DNA of 64,000 nucleotides from Neocallimastix sp. 'constans' (Eukaryota): NCBI GenBank assembly GCA_050613775.1, contig JBODTK010000149.1, positions 1 to 64,000 of the forward strand, read 5' to 3'. Shown piece by piece: positions 44,479 to 57,666 of this stretch (position 1 is its first letter; each line of letters starts with the position of its first letter). The notes under the pieces were generated by a model. It saw only the letters and a program-made list of their open reading frames with translations, ran no database searches and was not told where the DNA came from. The position numbers and the translations under genes were made by a program.

Positions 44479-46889
44479 TACAATATTTTATATATTCTTT
44501 TTATGGACGAACCATTTATTTATTACCTTTATTTATTAAAATATATTTAGTTTCTACAGCTACAGAAGAAAAAGAAAAAATTTGTAAATTTTTTAACTCA
44601 AAAAGAGGATGTGTAAAAGGTGAAAATTGTGATTTTTTACATATTAAAATTGATAAAAAAGATTCTAAAAAAGTTTCTGAGAAGAAAAATGATAAAAAAT
44701 CTGAAAATAACGATAATGAAAATAACGGAGAATCAAAAAAATCAAAAAGAAATGATAAAAAGGGAAAAAAAGATAAAACTAATGAATCTTCTGGAGAAAA
44801 TGGAAATAAAAAAATTTGTAAATTTTTCAATACTCCTGAAGGTTGTAGAAAGGGTGATAAATGTCAATTCCTTCATATAAAGACTGAAGGAAACGTTGAT
44901 AATGATACTGTTGAAGAATCGAATAAATCAAACAAAAATGATAACAATAAAAATAATAAAAGCAATACTAATAATAATAAAAATAATAAAAATAATAAAA
45001 ATAATCGTGGTCAGAACAATAATAATAAAGAAGAAGAAAAGGATACTAAAGCAGACAAACCCGCTACACCCAATAATGAAGAAGATGTTCAAACAGTAAG
45101 AATTTCCTATCCTAAAAACTTTAATAACAACGCTAGAAAACCTATGGCAAGACCACAACCAAAAATTCCTAAAAATAAAAGTGAAAGAGACATTGAAATT
45201 GATCAGCTAGAAAGACGTTATAGAACATCTTTTAAGATGATAGAAAATATTCCAGCTTATACGAAGGTAGCTTTTGATTTTTCCCCTACAGATCCAGAAT
45301 TTCCATTTGAATTAGAATCTATGAATGTTGAATTATTAATACCCATGACTTATCCAATTGGTGCATGTAAAATGACAAAAATTACAAATAATGATATTCC
45401 CCCTCATCTTATAAATAATATTATCAATATGTTTAATCGTAAAGCTAACATAAAACCTCGTCTTCCATTAGTAAACTTAATGAATTGGTTAGACTTTAAT
45501 TTAGAAGATTTATTAATTAATAAACCTCAAGAACCTTCTGTTGTCATATCTTTTGTTTCCAATACTAAAAAGCCAGAAGATGAAGTTAAAGAATCCGAAA
45601 ATAAAGATAAAAATAATACAGATTCTAATAAGGAAAAGGAAGATAATGATGATGAAAATAGTAATGATAACGAAGAAGAAGAAGAAGATGATGATAATGA
45701 TGATGATGAAAATAATAGTGTAGATCTTAATGATATTGATTTTGATAATCAAATTAGTGATGATGATGATGAGGAGGAGGATGATGATCAAGATGCTCTC
45801 TATTCTGAAAATAAAAATAATAATCTTACCCATGGATATGAGGAAGAAGATAATGATGTAGATATTGAAGAAGGAGATGAAAATGAAAATGCTATTAGAC
45901 CAACTGCTCTTTCTTCAGAAGTACCAAAAGGTATTCATATTCGTTTACCAAATATAAAAATTACGGGTATTTCTTTACTTCAATGTGTTGGTTTAAGTGT
46001 TACATTAAAATGTGATCGTTGTAGAAATACTATTGATTTCTATGAAGTTAGACCAATGGGACAATTAAAATTAAGATCCACGAATAATAAAGAGGAAAAT
46101 AAAAAAGAAGAAGAAAAACCATATATTGTAAATTCTGTCTATTGGAAACATTGTAAAACTTGTAGACAAGCCATCGGTATTCGTTATCGTTCTGAATATT
46201 TAACACCATTTTCACTTGCTATTGGTTATATTGATTTAGAAGGATGTATGCCTTTTGACTTTTTACCAAGTAATTTTGTTATTCAATGTGATAAATGTAA
46301 TACCGATCAACCAGCTATTAATGGGGTAAAACGTTCACAAGATAATGATGTGTTCTGTAAGAAATGTTATAATCATATGGTCTTAAATATTGATCTTATT
46401 AGATATGTTAAATTTGCACAAACTGAAAAATTAGATGATGAAGGTTTACCATCCGCTACTCGTGTTAAATTAAGAAAGAAGAAGGAAAAGGAACAATCTC
46501 TTGGTATTATTTTAGGACAGCCATTACCGAATAAAGGAGTTTGTGAACACTATAAGAAGTCCTATCGTTGGTTCCGTTTCCCATGTTGTGGTAAGATTTT
46601 CCCATGTGATATTTGTCATGATAATCATAGTGATCATGAATCAAAATGGGCCAATCGTATGATATGTGGATTCTGTTCGAAGGAACAACCCTTTAGTGAT
46701 AAAGATTGTTCCTGTGGTAAATCTTTAACTAAAAAAGCAGTAAGTCACTGGGAAGGAGGTAAAGGTAATAGAGATTCCAGTACAATGAATAAGAGAGATA
46801 AACAAAAGTATTCTGGCATGAATAAGACAATATCGAAAAAAGCACAAAAAAAAATGGACGCTAAAAAATCAAAAAAGAATAAGAAATAA
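44395..46889 (+). CDS. Zinc-finger protein: two CCCH fingers, RWD-like domain, acidic linker, CxxC region and C-terminal CHY finger; 2 exons
   Basis: Exon 1 44395-44437; exon 2 44551-46889, in frame with the 581-aa ORF. CCCH fingers CKFFNSKRGCVKGENCDFLH and CKFFNTPEGCRKGDKCQFLH; PTDPEFPFEL...IPMTYP; CHY CEHYKKSYRWFRFPCCGKIFPCDICHD...MICGFCSKEQ. Confidence 0.88.
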
Positions 46890-47459
46890 TTATAAATGAA
46901 AATAAGATTAATAATAATATTATAATAATAAAATAATTTATAAATGATTTATTATCATTATTATTATTATTATTAATTACACTAATTTTATGAATTCTAT
47001 ATATTATTCTTTTTCTTTTTTTTTTTTAAAAAAAAAATATATATACATATATTTATAATAAGTATATACATTATTACTTTTAAAATACTCCTTTTTTTTT
47101 TTTTTTTTATTTTTTATCTTATATATAATTGATAATGAAATAAAAAAAAAAATATATATATATATATATATTATATATATACCTTTTATAGTGTTAAATT
47201 TGTTTATATATATTTTAAAACTAAAGATAGAAAAAAATTTTTTTTTCTTTTTTTTTAATTATAATTATAGAATTTATTTGTTTTTATTTTAAATCATTTA
47301 TAAAGATATTGAAATAAAATCATTAATAATATATATATATATATATATTGAATTTAATAATTTATTTATTTATTTATTTATTATTGTGTAACATAAATCT
47401 ATTTAAAAAAAAAAAAATTTATTCTTTATTTTTTTTTTATGTAGATTTTCTTATTTTCT

Positions 47460-48340
47460 GTTTTTGTTTTTGCTTTATTTATGGTTCTGCCTTTATTTTT
47501 TTTCCAAAATAGTTTTACATCCCTTTATTGTGCTTCTTCTGAACTTAACATTCCTCTTCTTTTCGACGAAATGTACGATTGCCCAGGTAAGGTGTTTTAT
47601 AAAATGGAAAAAAAAACTCGAATTGTATTATCACTGATTTACTTAGAGATATATATATATCGCGTTGTAGAAGTCATATATGGGATAAAGAAAGTAAAAA
47701 AAAAAAAAATATTAGCCAATAAATTAGATGAATTTTCCTTCAAAAAATAGTTATTATAAACTTTTATTAGGATAGAGATATGGCTTTGATTGATAAATTA
47801 GATGAATTTATTTTCCCTCAAAAATAGCTATTATAAACTTTTACTAGGATAGAGATATGGCAGGAAAAATCAATCAAAGCTAAGACTTTTAAAGAAAAAT
47901 ACATTTGAGAAAACGAGAGAGACTACCTATTACTCAAACTTTAAGTATCCTAAATTTTTAGCATTTGGCTTTCGATGGGTACTTTCGTGCCTGATGTGGA
48001 TATAAATTCGATGCTCATGTTGCCAAAGCTGTCAAAATGATTGAAGACGACTGTACGGAATAGTGTCCTTGTTGTCATAGAAAAAAAAAAAAAAAAAAAA
48101 AAAAAAATAGTAATCCTCGATTGGAACATTAATTTTCTAAATGTTATCTTTTTCGTAAATTTCGAATGAAATATTTTAAGGATATTGAAATTCTTTTTGA
48201 AAAATTTTTTTTTATAATTTCTAAATATTGTTCAATATCTTAATAGTAATGTAGACACTGTTATCACAGATATGAATATGAATAATGTAGAATGAAGTAT
48301 AGATTCTGATAGTAGTAATGAAGTTTACAATATTAATAAA
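47460..48340 (+). mobile_element. Decayed LINE 3' fragment
   Basis: SLYCASSELNIP, GFRWVL..CGYKFDA and CPCC...LEH..SKC are collinear with the C-terminal part of the LINE at 26600-27200. An internal ~70-bp duplication lies at 47719-47861. Confidence 0.7.
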
Positions 48341-48824
48341 TAATAACAATTAGAAATAATATATTTTTTTTTTTTTTTTTTTTAATGTTTTTATTTTATT
48401 TTTATGATTTTTCTATATATTCTTTTTATTGACCTATTTATATATATATATATATTTTTTTTGACTTTTACAAAAACATTTTTATAAATTTATTAGGTAA
48501 TAGTCCAAAAATACTATACCTAAAATATCTATGGAATCTATTGCTAAAAATTATTATTTATTATATTGAATAAATTTTATATATATATATATATATATTT
48601 TTATATATATTTATTACTTATTTTTTACTTTATTAATTTTTTTCTAATACTTTTTTTTTTTTTTATTTTTTTTTTTTTTTTTTTTTTATGTATTATATTT
48701 AAATTTAATTTTTTATTGCTTTTAACAGATAGATTCACATTAATTTTTTATATAATAGATTCATTTTTATAAAATTTTTAATAGATAAATATTTCAAATT
48801 TTATTTGTTAAATTAATTAAATTT

Positions 48825-49790
48825 TTATTTGCATAAACCATACTTTGGTTGACATCTTGTTCCACAATAATTTCCTGAACTTCCACAATAGCCATATTGA
48901 CTACAACATTCTTTTGGATTTAAGCATTTACCAAAACTGATATCATAGACTACACCTACCTCAACGACCACCATAGCTACATCTTCCATAATCCTCTTGA
49001 CATGTTGAACCACAATAAGCGTCAGTTGTTCCACAATATCCGTATTTACTACAACAATTTTCGTTTGGACAGATAGTACCATTTGCATTTGGACCCCATT
49101 TTCCACTATTTGAAGGAGATGGAATAGTAGGGGTCGGTTTGGAGGTAGTTGTTTTAGTTTTAGTTGTAGTAGTAGTGGTAGTTCTTGTTGTTGTAGTAGT
49201 TGTTGTAGTAGTTGTTGTAGTAGTTGTTGTAGTAGTAGTTGTTGTAGTAGTTGTTGTAGTAGGAGTTGTAGTTGTAGTTGTAATTTTTCCTGTAGTAGTC
49301 GTAGTATTCTTTGTAGTAATAGTAACCTTATTAATAGGTTTACTATTTAATATTGTCCACATTTGATTTTCATGTATTTCATTATCACAGTCATAAAACT
49401 TTACCTTGATACTTAACTTTTGATGATTTATTACTAATAGAATTAACAAAATTTCCAAGACATAAACTGTCTGATAATTTACTTACAAGAGTTCCATCAT
49501 TTTTATGATAACGCAAAATAACATTTTCATCACACTCACCCATCAGTAATTTGGAATTATGGTTGTCGGAAACTCTCATACATAAATTTCAATTGCTTTT
49601 TGACTTGAAGTAACTTCCTATTTTAGTATTTATAACATACCATTGATTGTTTTCCGTATCATCACATTTTTTAATAAATTAGAGATTCGTCAATATATTC
49701 TGGTGCGTGCAAACATTTATCAGTATATTCATTGTATATCCATACAGGACTAGACGTTGGAGTAGGATTTGTTGTTGTTATATTTCTATG
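48825..49790 (-). pseudogene. Ricin-B lectin (CBM13) + Thr-rich linker + two CBM18 chitin-binding domains; disrupted 3' gene portion
   Basis: Ricin-type WIYNEYTDKCL, CDDTENNQWY and CDNEIHENQMW; poly-Thr linker; hevein-type CCSKYGYCGTTDAYCG and CCSQYGYCGSSGNYCG. At least three frameshifts and an in-frame TGA. Confidence 0.85.
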
Positions 49791-49939
49791 CTATATAAAC
49801 TTAAAAAATTTTAAAATGAAAAATGTTATTAAAATTGACAAAGAAATATTAATAAATTTTATAAAATATATCAAAAATATAAAATATTTGGTAAAAAGCA
49901 AAAATTATTGTATATCAGATACTTATGAGCTTAATTGAG

Positions 49940-52410
49940 ACTCTTAATCCTAATAAATGTGGTCCAAAATCAATTACAACTGGTATTCCCATCACTGTGG
50001 TTATAGGGTTAGATGAATTAAATAATCATATTCATGGAATAATTTATGATATTATTCCAGAATTACGAAGACTTAGTAATACGGAAGTCGATAAATTTTT
50101 TTAGGAATGAATTATTTCCTATTATTAAAGATGTAATTGATATATATATATGGTTGAAAATAAAATTAATGAAGAAGAAGCTAAAAATATTGTTGAAAAC
50201 ATTCATGTTAATCTGAAAAATAAAGATATAATTGCAAAGTTTATTGAACTCAAATACTGACATAAACATCTCCCCTTCATTATTCTCAGAAAATTATATT
50301 AAAAAATTGTATATTTATCCGAAAAATGGCAAGGGTGGTGATTATATTAATGATATTATAGACTATGTAAATATCAATGTAATTAATATTTTTCCTGATA
50401 ATAAAGTAAATACAAATTATAGTAATAGAGAACATTTAGATGAAACAAGTTACATAAATGAACCCATAGAATTTTATTAATAAGGAAAATTTATTGGGAA
50501 TATTTGAAAAATGTATAAAAAAGATGCTATATGTAAAAGTTATTTCGCAAATTATCGTAATTCTAAGATTTTTCATGTTAGTATTTTCAGTAGTATTATT
50601 AATGGTATTGAAAGATATCATTTATTAATAAATGATAGTTCCAATAAAATTACAACTGCTCATCCATTTACTGTAAAAAAGAGTTTAGATAGTAACGGCA
50701 AATATAAATATGACGTGGATAATGATTTTTCGCCAAAAGAAGTATATTTTTATAAACCTCTTCCTATTTTTAATGCAAATATAAATAATCATGCTATTTC
50801 TTTAAATAATTTATTTACCGATACAAGTTATCATGGCAATATTAATATTATTAATGAGTATATAAATGAATGTAATAGAATAAGAGGAAATTCATTTATT
50901 AGAAATCTCAGTCCTGATAAAAAAGATCAAATTAATAATGCTAATATTATATTAAAACAAAATATGTTTGACGAATTAGAAATCTATGCAAATGATAATA
51001 ACTATGATTTAACAATTGAACAAAAATTAAGATTAGCTAATGATAGTGCTTCTAATTTAATTGATTTGTACAGAACAAAATCAACTAGCAATCCTAACCA
51101 AAATGTTTCATTGGGTAATAATGAAATTAATAATAGTATAGAAATGGTATTAAATTCTGAACAAACTGAATATAATCGTCAGAATAATATTTTTGATTTT
51201 AATCTAAATAAAAAATTGTTATCTAATAGTCAATCATTAAATTCTGAAGATATTAAAAAATCATCAACTATGTTAAAAGGATAATGTTAAGTCTACTGAA
51301 TTAACTACATCTGAAATAGATAATTTTATCAATGATTTACTGAGATATAAAAATTCTAATCCTAGTTCTAAATTTACATTTAATGCATCTAGTGCAAATG
51401 TTAAAGATGTTTTAGAGAATATATCAAAACATAAAGATTTAGATACTATTTTCAAAGACATATGCGATGTCTTTTTGTTCAAATGATGAAATAGGAAGAA
51501 ATATGGAAAATATTCATAAATTTTTTGGAAGAAAAAATTATCATATTAACGATCCTTTAAACAATGGCTATATTGGAGATAAATCTTTAGCATTAAATAT
51601 AAAAGCAGGAGTCGTATTTAGGGATTCTAATTTTTGACGGTAAAATAGATATACCTCAAGCTGATAATATTAATTTACGGACATTAATTACTAAATATAA
51701 AAATGGAAGGATATCAGTACATAGATCCTGATACTAATGTTGCTGATTTAAATAGAGTTAATAAAAATGGGATTGGTATATATATATATATTAGGGCAAG
51801 ATAATGTAAACAATAAAGGAGTTGATGTATTAGATCATTTAATTAATGTAATGTCAGATGATCAAAAAAATACAAATTTACCACAACCGTCAGCAAATTT
51901 ATATAGTTATTTAACCATTAATAATAATAATGATGGAGGAAAGAAATTACATGATTTTACAGATCCAAATCGTTGGGCTAATGAAATATTAAATATTACA
52001 GTACAATATAGTTGATATTTTTATTAATTCATATAACAATAGAAAAAAATATTTACTGAAATACTAAATTCATTAAAAAAATAGAGGAAATGTAAAAAAT
52101 ATAAAAAAATTACGGATAATTATATCGCACAGTATAATTACATTAAAATCAGATACGATAATGAAAATAATGCTAATGTAAAAAAAAAAAGCTTAAAATA
52201 TGTCTTAGATAATTGTTTAGGAAAAGGTTTCACACTAAATAAGTCCACCAATAAAAATATTGTATTATAGATAAAAGTTATTACAATGAATTTAAAAAAT
52301 TATGTGGTAAATGCAATTAGTAATAATGTAACTAATGATTTAAACAAAATTATGCAAAGTGTGAATAAAGCTATCAGTCAATCATATAATGTTCTTAGAA
52401 AAATCTAATG
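49940..52410 (+). pseudogene. Fragmented long coding-like region of unknown function
   Basis: Successive plus-strand ORF pieces (50232, 50511, 51767 and others) with coding-like composition and few homopolymer runs, broken by frameshifts and stops. No recognisable domain. Confidence 0.55.
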
Positions 52411-52505
52411 ACTTATTAAAATTATTTTGATAATTCTATTATCCAACTTCTAAAATATAATGAACAATACTTAAATATGACAGTAGGAATAATTTAATTT
52501 TTCTT

Positions 52506-52552
<47 letters not shown>

Positions 52553-53045
52553 AAAAATAGTGAATTAGTATAAAATAGTAATGTATTAATAAAAATAAAA
52601 TAAAAAAATAATAAAGTAGTATAAAATGGTAATGTATTAATAAAATAAAACTAAAATATAATAAATAGTTGAAATATGAATATAAAACATAGATTGAATA
52701 AAATAAAATAAATAGTTGAAATATGAATAATAAATTCAAAATAAAATGAATATAAAATACAAATTAAAAAATTAAATTAAATTAAAATATATATATTATT
52801 ATATATATTATTTATTTATTATAGTTTATTTTATTATATATATAAATTTATTTAAATTTATTTATATATTTATTTATTATTTATTTATTTTATTCATTTA
52901 TTAATTTTAATTTTTCATTTTTACTTTTTATTTTTTATTTTTTTTTTATTAAAAAAATAATTTTTATTTTCAATAAAATTCAATAAAATTATATTGCATT
53001 TCAGTAATTTATAAATAGTTTAAAGTAGAAAGAAAAAAAAACAAT

Positions 53046-53079
<34 letters not shown>

Positions 53080-53267
53080 GTGGAAAAATAAAAATAAAAT
53101 AAAAAAACATATTTATATATAATAGAAAATTTTTAAATAATTATTTATAAATTCAGTAAAAAAAAAAAAAAAAATTATAATATATAAATATATATATATA
53201 TATTTTTAAATATTTACATTCGAGAAATTTTTTATATAGTTTATAAAAATAAAAAAAAAAAAAAAAA

Positions 53268-55041
53268 ATGAGTACCAGTAAAGAAGCTCTTAAGCGTTTT
53301 GAATTAGAAAATAATATCACCACTACAAATGCTATGCAAGACTCTATATATCGTTACAACGAGAAAGAACAAAAGGAAATAAATAGTAGAAAACCATGGA
53401 AAGAAGAGTAAAATTTCTTTTTTATATATTTCTTTTTTTTTTTTTTTTTTTTTTTTTCTTATTTTTCATAAAATAGATATTTATATAGATAATGACATAT
53501 AATGATATTATTATAATAAAATATTAGAACATTTATAATAATATTGTTATTTATTATAAATTTTAAGATTTTAAAATGTGTCTTATGTATATAATTAATT
53601 AATATAATTTGAAATTTTAAAACAAATTTTACTAAAATCTTTATAATAGTAATATTAATTTATACTTTTATTACATTAAATGATCTTGAATTATTAACCT
53701 TATTATATTATTATTATTATTATTATATCTCTTTGTATATTTCAATATATTCTCTTTTATTTTATTTTATTTTTTTTTTAAAATATATATATATATATAA
53801 ATTAAAACAATTTGGAATGGAATGTATCAAACATTACCTAAATCTATACAATTTTTTATTTTTAAAAAAAAAAAAATATTCATATATATATTCGTAATCA
53901 ATTAAATCTTTATTTTTTATATCAGTGTGTATTATTTTAAAAAAATTCGTATTTCAGCTATTGCTCTAATTAAAATGGTATTATTAACACTTTCAAAGAA
54001 AAATAATGGATATATATATATATAAATATTTATTAATTATTTATCGATTTTTCAATTTTTAAAATTTCATAAAATTTTAGAAATCAATTTTATTTTTTAA
54101 TTTTTAAATATATATATATATTATATGTTAACATGCATCAATTTAATAAATTTTAAAAATAAAAATAATATAAAAAATAACATTAATCAATTATTAATAA
54201 TTAATAATTAATAATTAATAATAATTAAAAATAATAATAATAAAGGTCATGCATGCAAGATCTGGTGGTAGTCTTGAAATTATGGGTCTTATGCAAGGTA
54301 AAATTGTTGGAAATGAAATGATTGTGATGGATGCTTTTGCTTTACCAGTTGAAGGTACGGAAACTCGTGTTAACGCTCAAGCAGAAGGTTATGAATATAT
54401 GGTTGAATATAATGAAAAAAGTAAACAGGTAAAAAAAAAAAAATAAAAAAAGAAAAAATAAAAAATAAAAAATAAAAATAAAAATAAAAATATCACAGAG
54501 TATAAAAATCTTTATTATAATTATTAAAATTATATATATATATATTTTGTCCATTTACAAATTATAATCTTTTTTTTTTTTTTTATCATATAAAATTTCG
54601 TAATTGATAATTTATTAATTTATTTTGTTTGTATATATATTTTCACCATATTTAAATTTATATTATATGATATAATATGGTTATATTTATATATTTATAT
54701 GCTATGCATTATCACATTATTATTATTATATGTTATATATATAATATAAAGGTTGGTCGTATGGAAAATGTTATAGGGTGGTATCATAGTCATCCAGGTT
54801 ATGGATGTTGGCTTTCAGGTATTGATGTTAGTACTCAAATGCTTAATCAAAAATTTCAAGAACCATTCGTTGCCGTCGTTGTAAGTACTTTATATATATA
54901 TATATTCAAATAGAATTATTTATATTAAAATATTTATTAAAAAAATGATTTTTAAAATAAAAAAAATAAATAATAATATTTATAAAAATAAAATAAAATA
55001 AAATATCAAAAAATTATTAAAATATATTAACTCATTTACTC

Positions 55042-55072
<31 letters not shown>

Positions 55073-55313
55073 TTATCATATTTTATATTACTATTTAACA
55101 ATCATATATTATATTATAAAAAATTTAAAAAAAAAAAAAAAAGATTGATCCAAATAGAACCATGTCCGCCGGTAAAGTCGAAATTGGTGCTTTCAGAACT
55201 TTCCCAGAAGTAATATATATTTTTATAATAATAATACTAATAATATTATATATATATATATTATATGAGAAAAAATATATATATTGATATATTAAAAATA
55301 AACTTTCTTTTTT

Positions 55314-55349
<36 letters not shown>

Positions 55350-55573
55350 AGGAATTTGTACCAGATGATAAACCATCAGAATATCAAACTATTCCATTAA
55401 ATAAAATTGAAGATTTTGGTATTCACTGTAAAAGGTAACTAAAAATAAAATAATATAAAATAAAAAGTAAAATATATATATATATAATAAAAAAAATGAA
55501 AAATAAGCATTAAAAAAATAAAGAAAGAAAGAAATATCAATTATAAAATATTTAAAAATATCTAAATAATCTA

Positions 55574-55613
<40 letters not shown>

Positions 55614-56501
55614 TGAAAATGAATATGAATAAATGATATAAGTGTAAAATTTAATTGAATATTTTTATTTATTAATTTTTTTTTTTTTTTTAAAAAAAAA
55701 TGTCATTAATAAATTATCAATAAAAAAAAAAAAAAAAAAAAAAAAAGATATTATTCATTAGAAATTAGCTATTTCAAATCTGAACTTGATACTAATCTTT
55801 TAGCTTCATTATGGAATAAATATTGGATTAATACTTTATCTTCATCCTCTTTAATTACCGTAATATATCATAATTAAAATATATATATTCATATATATTT
55901 TTTAAAAAAAAAAAAAAAATTTAAAATAATTTATAAATATTATTTACTAATATATTTAAATATTATTAATTAAATGATATTATAATTAATAATGGATAAT
56001 ATATATCTATATATATCTATATATCTCTTTTAGAATCGTGAATATAATACTTTACAAATATCAGATTTAGCTGATAAGATTGAACAAGATGAATCCTTAA
56101 ATAGTCGTGATAAACAAATTAATGAATTTCCGGATGAATTTTCACAGAATGATTCTCTTGAAAAGATAGCTCAAGATAGGTAAAATTAATTAATATATAA
56201 TCATTAATAAAGAAAGAAAGAAAAAAAAAAAAATTTTTTTTTTTTTAATAAATTAAATTAAAATAAAACAAAAATTAAATAAAATACAAAAAAACTAATA
56301 TTTTTATTTATATAATCTCAATATATATTATTATTATAACATATTTATTCCTATATATAATTTATTTCAAAAAAAAAAAAAAAAAAAAAAAAAACATATA
56401 TGCATCTCTTTGTTTATATATATAGTTCAAAAATTGCTATTGAAGTTACTCACGGTTTATTAACTCAAGTTTTAAAAGATATTATATTTAATAAACATTA
56501 A
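53268..56501 (+). CDS. CSN5: COP9 signalosome subunit 5 (JAMM/MPN+ deneddylase), about 9 exons
   Basis: Spliced exons give [64 protein letters not shown] (JAMM motif), [35 protein letters not shown] and [11 protein letters not shown]; stop at 56501. Confidence 0.97.
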
Positions 56502-56665
56502 AATTTTTTTTTTAAAAAAAAATACATAAACATAAAACTAATTAATAAAAAAAAAAAAAAAAAATACTATTATTATTTTAAGAAGAAGTAAAAATAAAAA
56601 TAAAAAAAAAAAAAAAGGGATTTTATTACTTATATAAACTTAATAAAAAAAAAAAAAAAAAAAGA

Positions 56666-56714
<49 letters not shown>

Positions 56715-56824
56715 GTTGCAATTATATTAATTCTATAAATAAAATAAAATATATATATATAAATAAATAAATAATAAATATATAAAAAAATAAATAAATA
56801 TCCAAAGTTTTAATTGTACTTAAG

Positions 56825-56858
<34 letters not shown>

Positions 56859-57098
56859 TATAGATATATATATTTAAAACAAAAAAAATTCTTAAAATGA
56901 TTCCTTCTTTTTTGTATTTTAATTATTTTATATTTTAATTTATTATTAAAAAAAATTTTTTTTTAATCTATTACCATAGATTAATTATCTTTTTTTTTTT
57001 TTTTTTTTTTAACATTTTTATTTTATAATGATTATTTTATCAATTATTTTTATTCGTATGATATTAGTATTTATTACTTATGATTAAATATTGTTATT

Positions 57099-57133
<35 letters not shown>

Positions 57134-57220
57134 TAATAATAATAATAATAAAATAAATTAAAATAAAATAAAAAAAGTTAAATATTTTAATTGTTTCTTC
57201 TTCTTCTTCTTCTACTACTA

Positions 57221-57629
57221 GTCATCCAGTTCTTATCCTGGGTTGTTAAGTCGTTGGCTTATCATACCAAAGGTCTCTGGATCGACCCCCACAAGTATCA
57301 TATCTTCACGATTTTTCCCTTTGGGTTTTGCGTGAAAGGTTAGGGGTTAAACGATACTCAGGTAGGTATACTTTCTAAGTTTTCTATATTTCTAACACTA
57401 TTAGAATCCCATTGCGTAAGCCTTGTCTGAGAGGATTTACAGTGTCCAGCTCCTCTGGGATGGCAAGGACGCCACCTATAGTTGGCTCTGCTTTCCCTCG
57501 AGGATCGCGTAGGGTGCTTCTATATGGAGTTTCTTTGCTTATGGGGAGTTGAGAGCGTCGACGCCGTACCGGTATGGCAGTTAATCATACACCCATATTA
57601 CTATATGGGGAAGACCAAAGTCTTCAGTC

Positions 57630-57664
<35 letters not shown>
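57221..57664 (+). mobile_element. SINE-like retroposed insert with tRNA-like head, poly(A) tail and target-site duplication
   Basis: GC-rich island with no long ORF; A32 tail at 57633-57664; TTCTTCTACTACTA duplicated at 57207-57220 and 57665-57678; B-box-like GGATCGACCCC at 57279-57289. Confidence 0.75.

Positions 57665-57666
<2 letters not shown>

Noticed and set aside
57229..57300. Functional tRNA gene
   Set aside because: The T-stem and acceptor stem do not pair and the A-box is degenerate; treated as a tRNA-derived head.
57338..57349. Telomerase RNA template (minus strand TAACCCCTAACC would template TTAGGGG)
   Set aside because: Only a 12-nt match. The island has a TSD and poly(A) in the plus orientation, which fits retroposition better. 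Reconsider if the telomeres are TTAGGGG and the locus is single-copy.
57600..57630. Hammerhead ribozyme (minus strand CTGAAGA)
   Set aside because: No stem II followed by GAAA at the right position.
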